Source: Gammaproteobacteria bacterium (GTDB lineage: Bacteria > Pseudomonadota > Gammaproteobacteria > Ga0077536). From it: 64,000 nucleotides of DNA. The notes beneath the pieces were generated by a model, which was not told where the DNA came from, did not search any database, and worked only from the letters and a program-made list of their open reading frames with translations. The translations under genes were made by a program, and so were the position numbers. Below are positions 43,990 to 52,043 of the stretch, in pieces. The first letter of the stretch is position 1, and every line of letters begins with the position of its first letter. The DNA lies in contig CAXXLL010000002.1 of NCBI GenBank assembly GCA_963662545.2, positions 1,440,001 through 1,504,000 of the forward strand, read 5' to 3'.

Positions 43990-44640
43990 TCAGGCTACTT
44001 TCTGATTGGCCCATCGTTCGTAATGCGTCTTGGTCTCCACCGGATCGCGTGACACCGGTCCGAATTTGCCTTTCGGAAAACCGATGGGAATGGTCGCGAT
44101 GACGCCGTACTCTTTTGGGATCCCGAACCGTTCATGCAGTTCCTCCTCGAACATCTGGTGCATGGTCGTCAGGCTTGCGCCAAGCCCTAATGCGCGGCAC
44201 GCCAGCAAGATATTCTGTACGCAGGGATACACCGATCCATAAGACGGTGGCGCCAGTCCTACGCGATCCTTTTCCGCCACCGAGAAAGGCCAGTCACGCT
44301 TGCCGCAGACCATCAGGAGCACGGGCGCCTCGTGCATGTGCTCTGCTAAGTACATGGCCGCCTTGACGCTGCGCCCGAGCGGCGATTGATAATTCACGTC
44401 TTTCAAAGCGTCGCCGAAGCGTTCCTTCATCCAGTGATGATAACGCTCGCCGAAGAACCGCTTACCGTCGGGCTCGGTGACGACGAGAAACGCCCAGCGC
44501 TGTGTATTCTGGCCGCTCGGCGCACTGATGCCGGCTTTGAGAATCTTGTGGATCATTTCCGCCGGTACGGGATCGGTCTTGAGCCGCCGCATCGAGCGGA
44601 GCGAATGCATGATTTCAAAGACGCCGGGGTCGTCACTCAT
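43990..44640 (-). CDS. Nitroreductase-family protein
   Basis: RSMRR, APSGQNTQRW, QNILLACRALGLG. Confidence 0.92.
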   Translation of the reverse strand: MSDDPGVFEIMHSLRSMRRLKTDPVPAEMIHKILKAGISAPSGQNTQRWAFLVVTEPDGKRFFGERYHHWMKERFGDALKDVNYQSPLGRSVKAAMYLAEHMHEAPVLLMVCGKRDWPFSVAEKDRVGLAPPSYGSVYPCVQNILLACRALGLGASLTTMHQMFEEELHERFGIPKEYGVIATIPIGFPKGKFGPVSRDPVETKTHYERWANQKVA

Positions 44641-44704
44641 CGGTACTGAACTCCAAATTGTTGGGACGCCAATGTATAGGTTCTCGGTGCGTAACGCGAT
44701 GCTA

Positions 44705-44797
44705 AAAATAAAAAAAAATAAAAAAAAATAAAAAGAAAAAGGTGTCAGGTCTATTTATTGACCCTTGTTATAAAAATAAACGCATCCCCTTTTTCTG
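44705..44797. repeat. RAYT-type inverted repeat pair with A-rich stutter
   Basis: (A5-9T)n, then AGAAAAAGGTGTCAGGTCTATTT ... AAATAAACGCATCCCCTTTTTCT. Confidence 0.7.
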
Positions 44798-44819
44798 TGA
44801 GACGGGACTGGCCACTCGT

Positions 44820-45374
44820 TCACTCCGCATATCTGCCCAATGCGGCGTCACCCTGTCCGTCTGCAATGGCCACTCGGGAGAAATATCGATATCCGAAAGC
44901 ACCTTGCCGAATCCCAACCTCTAGCGCAGTCGTGCCGGGCTTAATGTGTTTGTACAATGCAGCGTTGACCCGCAGCGGAATGTATCGAGTCGGATCCCAC
45001 CAGGATTGGACCAACGCAAAATATCTCGGTCCGTATCGCGGTGAATGGCTAACATCTGTGTTGTTGACCCAAAGTTCGTAGATCTCGGGATCCGAGGTAT
45101 CGAGCGCGACATTCAATCCCGCAAAGGAGCTCCACACGAATACAAATGTACCTGCCGCCATGAAGGTCAACGCAGCCGAATCCAACGACTTTTCGTTCTT
45201 GATCATTAAGGCCCCGCAAATGGGCAGAACAATAAGAGCACTAGCCAAGGCCCAAATGAACGACGGTCCGGCGTCGGTATGCGTTACGAATTGAACATGT
45301 CCCCCGGACCCGAAGAAAAAAATCAGGAGGCCTGTGAGGAATAGGACAGCGCCAAGGATTCTTAACGACTTCAC
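44820..45374 (-). CDS. Hypothetical membrane protein (three TM segments)
   Basis: 184-aa ORF between RAYT-type repeats. Confidence 0.6.
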   Translation of the reverse strand: MKSLRILGAVLFLTGLLIFFFGSGGHVQFVTHTDAGPSFIWALASALIVLPICGALMIKNEKSLDSAALTFMAAGTFVFVWSSFAGLNVALDTSDPEIYELWVNNTDVSHSPRYGPRYFALVQSWWDPTRYIPLRVNAALYKHIKPGTTALEVGIRQGAFGYRYFSRVAIADGQGDAALGRYAE

Positions 45375-45452
45375 AAAAAAGGGTCAGGTTTATATGTTGA
45401 CTCGGACTTCACAAAAAGGCACAAAAAGGTGTCGGGTTTATATATTGACTCA
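45368..45452. repeat. Two direct RAYT-type end repeats with stutter
   Basis: GACTTCACAAAAAAGGGTCAGGTTTATATGTTGACTC and GACTTCACAAAAAGG-CACAAAAAGGTGTCGGGTTTATATATTGACTC. Confidence 0.75.
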
Positions 45453-45503
45453 TATTGCCAAGGATTCTAACGTACCGCAGACAAGGAACAAGGAGGTTCC
45501 GTC

Positions 45504-46214
45504 ATGCCAAGATATCTACGCGCCCTATTGCCCGGCTATCCCCATCACATCATTCAGCGCGGCCACGATCGCCAGTCGGTATTCGCTAACGACTCGGATT
45601 TTCGTGTCTACCTGGATAATCTCAGCGAACAAATCAATGTACTGAATGTTTCTCTGTTCAGTTACTGCCTGATGACCAACCCTATTCATCTTCTGGTTCA
45701 ACCGGAACGAGACGGCGCCGATCTGTCGCGCCTGATGCGCATTGTGGCAGCGAGACAAACCCGATACATCAATCGGCTGGAGCACCGGACAGGTACGCTT
45801 TGGGAAGGGCGGTTCAAGTGCAGCATTGTCGATTTCGAGAAGTATTTGCTTGCCTGTTGCCGCTATATCGAATTGAACCCGGTTCGCGCCGGGATGGTAC
45901 GCGAACCGGCGGAATATACGTGGTCGAGTTATCGCCAGCGTGTTGGTCTTGAGGCACCAGCAATAGCGTTGGCATCACTGCGTTTGGACAGCAATCAGGC
46001 TTGAGGCGAAGACGAAGAACGTCGATGCTACGAAATGTTCGTCGCTGAAGAGCGATCAACTCATCAGAACGAATCAATCGCAACGGCCGTTAATCGCAAT
46101 CAGCTCACAGGCGATAACCGGTTCCGTGAAGAGATAGAACAGAAACTTGGCAGGCGCGTTAATGATCGAGCGCCCGGCAGACCAAGAAAACCGGCGGCGG
46201 AGGATATCGCTTGA
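45504..46214 (+). pseudogene. RAYT (Y1 HUH transposase), inactivated
   Basis: HIIQRGHDR, LWEGRFK, RYIELNPVRAG, WSSY; HUH reads NPIH; in-frame TGA at 46002-46004, after which NRNQLTG..RF..GRPRK continues to 46214. Confidence 0.9.
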
Positions 46215-46245
46215 AAATAAACCTGACACCTTTTTCTTTTTCTTT
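46213..46245 (-). repeat. Inverted RAYT-type end repeat with stutter
   Basis: AAAATAAACCTGACACCTTTTTCTTTTTCTTT is the reverse complement of the motif at 44735. Confidence 0.75.
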
Positions 46246-46289
46246 CCCGGGGAGGCTTGGATTAAAAACAAAAACCCCGCACTGAGGCG

Positions 46290-47718
46290 CAATGCTGTTC
46301 ACTTAAGAGGAATAGCCTGTCGATTGATGGGGTAATGGGTTTTTGAAATCTTAACGGCCCTAGGCCTCGATGGCCTAGGGCGTTTTTCTATAAACAGGTC
46401 ACCCAAACATCCTCTGAGTTCCTTTAGCCGCCTGGGTGTGTGGCCAGGCGATACGGCGCCAGCCATCACGATCAGCTGTGTGGCAATAAACTGAAAAGCA
46501 AATTTGAAGCTCATATCAGCGGGTGACCGGTGGTGTTCGACAGCGGCCAGAGAGGCTTCCCTGCGGATCAGGTTATAAGCGAGCAGCAAGCCCCAGAGTT
46601 CTTGATAGACCAAGTCAACCTTCTTACTACGAAGGGTGATCGCATTGTTTTGCATCGAGCTTTTAATATCTCTAAAACCCAACTCAATTTCCCAACGTTC
46701 ATGATATAAATTGGCGACCTGCTGGGCGCTATAGTGTGCGGCGGGCAAAGAAGTGAATACCGTCTTTTCCTTCCCTGCAACATCGTAGGTAAGCGCGCGA
46801 GCAAGCCAATACTCAGGTAAGGACGGATGGCGCTTCCTGGCCTGATGCGAGACCTTCATTTTCACGAGGCGGTCACCTTTGCCATATTGTTCAATCACCT
46901 CATAAACCAGGTTCTTCTTGGCTGGGATTAACCAATGACGTTGATGGCCTTTCTCACTGATATCAAGGAGCAATTTCGCACTGAAAAAGCCTTTATCTAA
47001 GAGGGTTATAGACTGATTAGGGATCCCCGCAATAAATTCTTCAGCGATCCGAATTTCCCCTTTCCGATAGGGGCTGATAGCGGCGTCAGCAATGACATGT
47101 GACCGGACATTCATCAACGCCACCAGTCTTAACATCGGGAAGGGCGTTTGGTACTTGGTGCCCGTGTTGCCCGAGCCAAAATGTTCACGTAATTGCGGCG
47201 ACTCTTGGGTGCGAAATAACGCGCCATCAATCGCAAACAGCTGCAAGCCATTCCAATCATCTTGCGGGTAACGCTCATGACCCCAGACCTGTGCGCATTG
47301 CCTGAACAACCATTTCATCGGCTCCTCACCCAGACGTTGTCGTGCTTGGGATAGCGCACTACGAGCCAATAATTCTTCTGTTGCCAGACCTTCCGCACAA
47401 ATATTTAGGCGCCTGGCCACTTCACTGATCGGTTCGTTTCGGAACATCGCCATGCCGATCACCAACCACAGCACCATATCTTCAGGTAAGCGTCGGCGAC
47501 GGATCGTCGCGTGTGACGATAATGATAGGGACGTTTTTATCCACTGTTTGGGGAGATGGTCGATCAGGACATCAAATGACCGGCCAAAATTATCTGAAAA
47601 CGCCTGCGTTTCACCAATCGCCTGGAATAAAGACACAAAAAATCCGGTATCAAAATCAATTGATACCGGATACTGATCCTGCTTTTACCCTAATTCAATG
47701 CTTAACTGATCAGCATTG
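46290..47718 (-). mobile_element. IS4-family (IS4 group) element
   Basis: IRs CAATGCTGTTCACTTAAG / CAATGCTGATCAGTTAAG; 12-bp TSD CGCACTGAGGCG at 46278-46289 and 47719-47730. Confidence 0.95.
46299..47636 (-). CDS. IS4 transposase
   Basis: IRRRRLP, AIDG, LDKGF, YHERWEIELGFRDIK. Confidence 0.95.
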   Translation of the reverse strand: MSLFQAIGETQAFSDNFGRSFDVLIDHLPKQWIKTSLSLSSHATIRRRRLPEDMVLWLVIGMAMFRNEPISEVARRLNICAEGLATEELLARSALSQARQRLGEEPMKWLFRQCAQVWGHERYPQDDWNGLQLFAIDGALFRTQESPQLREHFGSGNTGTKYQTPFPMLRLVALMNVRSHVIADAAISPYRKGEIRIAEEFIAGIPNQSITLLDKGFFSAKLLLDISEKGHQRHWLIPAKKNLVYEVIEQYGKGDRLVKMKVSHQARKRHPSLPEYWLARALTYDVAGKEKTVFTSLPAAHYSAQQVANLYHERWEIELGFRDIKSSMQNNAITLRSKKVDLVYQELWGLLLAYNLIRREASLAAVEHHRSPADMSFKFAFQFIATQLIVMAGAVSPGHTPRRLKELRGCLGDLFIEKRPRPSRPRAVKISKTHYPINRQAIPLK

Positions 47719-47763
47719 CGCACTGAGGCGGGGTTTCGTATTCTGATAAATGGCTTGGGATCG

Positions 47764-48372
47764 TTAAGCTGCTTTACGCCTGCGAAAACCCAGCCCGGCT
47801 ACGGCTAAACCCATCAAGGCAAGGGTGGTGGGTTCCGGCGTCGTAACCCATAGTTCCGAGGTCTCGATCTCAAGCACCCAGTTTGTAGGGTCAACGTTCA
47901 CGGTGATGGTGTTGATACCGCTGACTAGATAGGCAGTCACGTCGAATATTGACCACGTAAGTAACGTAATGCCCGCAAGCGCCCCAGGGCCCGGCTGGAG
48001 ATTAAACAAGGCGCTATAGAGATTCTGGTTGGTCAATGTTCCAACAAGCATGCCGTTGACAATAACTTCGTCGATCTCCGGTCCCACACCATTGTTGTCC
48101 TGCTGTTCGTCTATTCCCTCGGCAGTGATATGGAGAATTGCTTCCTTCAAATGGTTCTCGTCGAAAATGATGTTGTGTTGCCAGGATACCGATGGGCCAC
48201 ATTGGAGTGGTATGCCGCCCGGATCTAACGCCGGATTAACCGAACAGCCCACCCCAAACACGTCTACCGTGTCGTGTATCATGGCTGCGCTGACACTACC
48301 AATGGCAGCTAACGAAAGAATGCAAACCGTTGCGGTCGCAAACGTGAATCTGAAAAGCTGTCGTGCTCTCAT
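47764..48372 (-). CDS. PEP-CTERM sorting-domain protein
   Basis: Signal peptide; C-terminus TPEPTTLALMGLAVAGLGFRRRKAA. Confidence 0.9.
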   Translation of the reverse strand: MRARQLFRFTFATATVCILSLAAIGSVSAAMIHDTVDVFGVGCSVNPALDPGGIPLQCGPSVSWQHNIIFDENHLKEAILHITAEGIDEQQDNNGVGPEIDEVIVNGMLVGTLTNQNLYSALFNLQPGPGALAGITLLTWSIFDVTAYLVSGINTITVNVDPTNWVLEIETSELWVTTPEPTTLALMGLAVAGLGFRRRKAA

Positions 48373-48423
48373 GTTTTTGCTCTCCTCTCGTCTCGCCCCA
48401 ATAAAACCCATCTATCAAAATGG

Positions 48424-48741
48424 GCAAGAATCGCGCCAATATCGGCAACCCAATACATTTCAATGAGTTAGTCGAATCTCGTAGGGATGCCTTAACTCAA
48501 TTTGTAAAGAAAGCTGACACATTTTAATGGAGCTACTGCCGAACAAAACTCGGAAATTTGGAATTATGTTTAATTTACAATACGTTAAGTAATGATGACG
48601 ACGATTCAGCACGTGTAAAATTTTCTGACATGTGTGCTTACAGATCGCACCGCGGAATGTGCATCTTTGGCCAAAACCAACAGATTTCGTAATAATTTCC
48701 GTGGGTTATTGTGCGTCGGGGGCCTGTAAAATATCTTGACA
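48424..48741 (-). promoter_or_regulatory. Sigma54 promoter with three TGT-N11-ACA enhancer boxes
   Basis: TTGGCGCGATTCTTGC on minus strand at 48424-48439; boxes at 48503, 48614 and 48725. Confidence 0.75.
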
Positions 48742-48981
48742 AAACGCTAATCGCCTCTAAAACAGCGACTTAAATCCTTTCCAGCGGTCTACCCTGAAGG
48801 TCGGGGCGCCTCCCTCTCGGCGTTTCTCTGCTAGCCATTATGCATGCCGACTCGAGGAAGGCTGAGCCAAGTCAAAAGATGGCTCGAATTGCCGGGGCAG
48901 CCTCGCCGCGGTGGCGGTAACTTTGCCGGTATCAGGGAAAGCAGCAGGTCGAAATGATTGGCTAATTCAAGTTGAGGATGC

Positions 48982-50139
48982 TCAAGAACAAACCCTCGCC
49001 GCATCGAGCTGCCCCGTTAAAGTGCGGTGGAAATGTGCGAGCGCCGGCTCGTTCTCGCCAAAAACGATGTGGTCTTGCGCGCCCGAATGGAACCCCCGCT
49101 GGATGCCTTCACCAACCGGAAAGTCCTCTTTTTCGACGACATGGACGACGAGATCCATGTTGGCGTCCCAGTGACGCCGGTCGCTGTCCGTGACGGCGGG
49201 TTCCGGCGTGTAGAGCGACAGCAGCACCTTCGAATCCTCGGGGGCACCGTCGTCGGGATAAATCTGCCACAGTTCAGCGTGGTCCAGTTGCCATATCAAT
49301 ACGGTGTTTGGAAAGAAGACGTAGATGGCGACCATGTAGGGCAGCAGGTTCCAGCTCGATACCGGTTGCTGACGTATGTCCTCGATCGTGCGGCGCGCGG
49401 CGACCAGCCTGAAATGGGGGCCCCAGGTATCAAAGGTCGTCAAGTTCTCGTAGAAGATGGGGCAGATCGAGTCCTTGTGCAGCACGCAGAAATGGTAGGA
49501 CTCGAGAAAGGTGTCGATCAACAGTTTCCAGTTCATGCGGCGCTTGAGGAGGCGGCTCTCGTAATGGTGGAATCCGGCCAGATCGTATCCAGCGATCTCG
49601 TCGCCCAGCCCCTGTAGGTGATCCTCGAGGTTCAACACCTGGCCCGGCGCTGGTGAAACCCAAATGAGGCCGTCACGCTCGATCGCGGTCAATGGGGTGA
49701 GACCGTGGCGCTCCCGCGCCGCCGCCGCGAAAGAGGATTCCTCAGGTCGCGCGACGAGCTTGCCGTCAAGACCATAGGTCCAGGCGTGATAGGGGCAGAC
49801 GAAGGATCGACTCTTGCCGCAGGCTTCGGCCACGCGCGAGCCGCGATGGCGGCAGACGTTGAGCAGCGCGCGGACCTCGCCGTCGTCGGCCCGGGTCAAC
49901 ACGATGGGCAGGCCGCTCAAGTCGTGGGTGAAGTACGAACCGGGTTCCGGCAGGAGACCGCTCATGCCGACGCAAAGCGGGCGCTGTCGAAAGAAAACGC
50001 GTTCTTCTTCCGCCGCAATGTCGGGGCAGGTGTATTCGCGAACGGGCTGGCGATAGACCGCATCGGCCATCGCGGTGGTGCGGTTATCAATATAGTCGAA
50101 CAGCTGATGTCCGATCGCGATCTGTTCAGTGCGCTGCAT
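48982..50139 (-). CDS. Rieske non-heme iron oxygenase, alpha subunit
   Basis: CRHRG...CPYHAW Rieske motif; ESYH...H and ED iron ligands. Confidence 0.93.
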   Translation of the reverse strand: MQRTEQIAIGHQLFDYIDNRTTAMADAVYRQPVREYTCPDIAAEEERVFFRQRPLCVGMSGLLPEPGSYFTHDLSGLPIVLTRADDGEVRALLNVCRHRGSRVAEACGKSRSFVCPYHAWTYGLDGKLVARPEESSFAAAARERHGLTPLTAIERDGLIWVSPAPGQVLNLEDHLQGLGDEIAGYDLAGFHHYESRLLKRRMNWKLLIDTFLESYHFCVLHKDSICPIFYENLTTFDTWGPHFRLVAARRTIEDIRQQPVSSWNLLPYMVAIYVFFPNTVLIWQLDHAELWQIYPDDGAPEDSKVLLSLYTPEPAVTDSDRRHWDANMDLVVHVVEKEDFPVGEGIQRGFHSGAQDHIVFGENEPALAHFHRTLTGQLDAARVCS

Positions 50140-50308
50140 GCCTTGCTACCGGTATTAGCCGCGCTGAGTATAGCTGACCCACACTGCGCGGTTCCGCGTG
50201 TATCGGCATGGTCGGCACCGGACTCGCTCTGCGGAGGCGATAAACCACGGTCTGTTGTTCGGCCCTTTATCCGTGGCAGAAGTTACTCGACGGCTGGCAG
50301 TGGTCTGG

Positions 50309-50340
50309 AAAAAGAAAAGCCCGGCCGAAGCCGGGCTTTT
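50309..50340 (-). terminator. Intrinsic terminator
   Basis: AAAAGCCCGGC-CGAA-GCCGGGCTTTT with the longer U tail on the minus strand. Confidence 0.8.
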
Positions 50341-50811
50341 GTGGCGACGATGTTGCGTTAGGTTCCGTCGCAGCGGGGGCTTATACGTTTATTTAGGCTG
50401 AACAAGCGCCGCGTGAGCGATATGTTAAATCAATTTGTGGCGCGAGTCGTCCCGCAAATCGGTGACCATCGCGGACGAGCTCAAAAACGCCGGGCAATGG
50501 CTTTAATTAGAAATAAGGCGAAAATAATCTATTAATACATTGATATTGATAATTATTTATCTTAATTATTATAGTTTAGTTTAAGTTTGATCCGGTAGGT
50601 AAAGCGGGGATGCACCGCACGATTCTGTAGCCGCGCCAGGTCCAGCATTCACGGCCGGGCCGGGCATGCCTCTAGAGCATCTACGTGATAGCTGCCAGCC
50701 TGCCGGGCGACCACGGCTGCGGTTCGGCGCGTGCCGCCGGCCGCGAGTCGGGTTACCCATCGACCGGATACGATTTGTAAAAAAATCTTGTTTTTCAAAA
50801 ACCTACCTATT

Positions 50812-52038
50812 TTATCGCTTACGATAAGCGTGCGGATGCCCGCCGGCAACGGCGTCGCTGCGTGTCGAGGCGTCCGCGATGTAGGTGACGGCGCGCGTCA
50901 CGGGCTGGCTGTAGATGCAGACTTCCTCCATCCCTTGTTCGGCGCAGGCGGATTGAATGCAGAGCGCAACCTGGGTCAGAAGGTGTTCGGGCAGGATGAC
51001 GCGCACGATGCCGCGTTCACGATTGAAGCGAATCCCGCGCGCAGTTTCCCTGCTTTCCGCTTCGATGAGCCTGGCGAAACTGATATTCATGCCCGGCGCC
51101 CCACCCTCGAGCGCTGCGTCCACGATAGCGTCGATGTGTTTGCGCCCGACGATACAGGTCAGGCTCGCCTGATCAGTAAGATAGGTGCGTTCCTTGATCT
51201 TGGCGAACAGGTTGAGACCGGCGCTCTTCCCGGTGCCGACGAGTTCGGTAATGCGCTGGTCGCGCCATGAACTGCCGCCCTTGAGTTCGTCAATGGCCGC
51301 GATGATCTGTTGTATGTTGGCCGTGTATTTACGGGCGCCAAAGGTGCTACCCACGTTGATCACGCCCTTTTGGACGGGCATACGGTAGAGGAATCCGCGG
51401 CCCGGCAAGTCGATATCGCCGGCGTCGACCATGGCCTCCGTCACGGCGACGGCGTCGGCGTTGTCGACGATCAAGACCAGTACCTCCATGTCGTTTTTCT
51501 TGGTGATGCGCAGCCAACCGAGGCGATCGCGCAGGCCACGCCCTTCGCAATAGAAAACGACCGGGCCGTGCGCGCCGGCGGACATGGCGGCGCGGGAAAT
51601 CTGGTCGGTCCGATCCTTTTGCACGATGCAGAAGATGGCGGTCAGGTTCTCCTTTAAATTGTGCGATGCGTCGAAGCCGTCGTTTTCCCAGGTGGATGTC
51701 GACCACACTGGAAAATCTTCCGTACAGCGCAATTCGTCGCACGGTACGGCAAACACGGCGCCGGAGCCCGGGAGGTGGAGTTCGCCGGCCGCCACCAGGC
51801 ATTCCATCATGGCGTCAACCTCGGTATCGGGAACCAGAAACTGTAGGAATTCCTTCTCGGGGCTCATCATCGGCAGCAGGGCCTGGTACCAGCGATCGCG
51901 CATGAGCGTGCCGCGCGCATTGATCAACAAGGCGTTGCGCTCACCGAAGCTGAAGACTTCCTCGATGGCAGATTTGGCGATGTACTGCGGCAGGATTGCA
52001 GTGACGACCGAGACGTTGTTGTAGGTGACGAAGTTCAC
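50812..52038 (-). CDS. Protein with three tandem PII-like domains
   Basis: Three units ending GSGAVFAVP, GRGFLYRMPV and CIYSQPV; CIVQKD..AAMSAGAHG pattern; coupled to the DUF1538 gene (start approximate). Confidence 0.7.
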   Translation of the reverse strand: MNFVTYNNVSVVTAILPQYIAKSAIEEVFSFGERNALLINARGTLMRDRWYQALLPMMSPEKEFLQFLVPDTEVDAMMECLVAAGELHLPGSGAVFAVPCDELRCTEDFPVWSTSTWENDGFDASHNLKENLTAIFCIVQKDRTDQISRAAMSAGAHGPVVFYCEGRGLRDRLGWLRITKKNDMEVLVLIVDNADAVAVTEAMVDAGDIDLPGRGFLYRMPVQKGVINVGSTFGARKYTANIQQIIAAIDELKGGSSWRDQRITELVGTGKSAGLNLFAKIKERTYLTDQASLTCIVGRKHIDAIVDAALEGGAPGMNISFARLIEAESRETARGIRFNRERGIVRVILPEHLLTQVALCIQSACAEQGMEEVCIYSQPVTRAVTYIADASTRSDAVAGGHPHAYRKR

Positions 52039-52043
52039 CAACG

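Noticed and set aside
50440-50485. Riboswitch (e.g. c-di-GMP) in the intergenic gap
   Set aside because: A hairpin is present but I could not match any consensus motif; kept only as an sRNA candidate.
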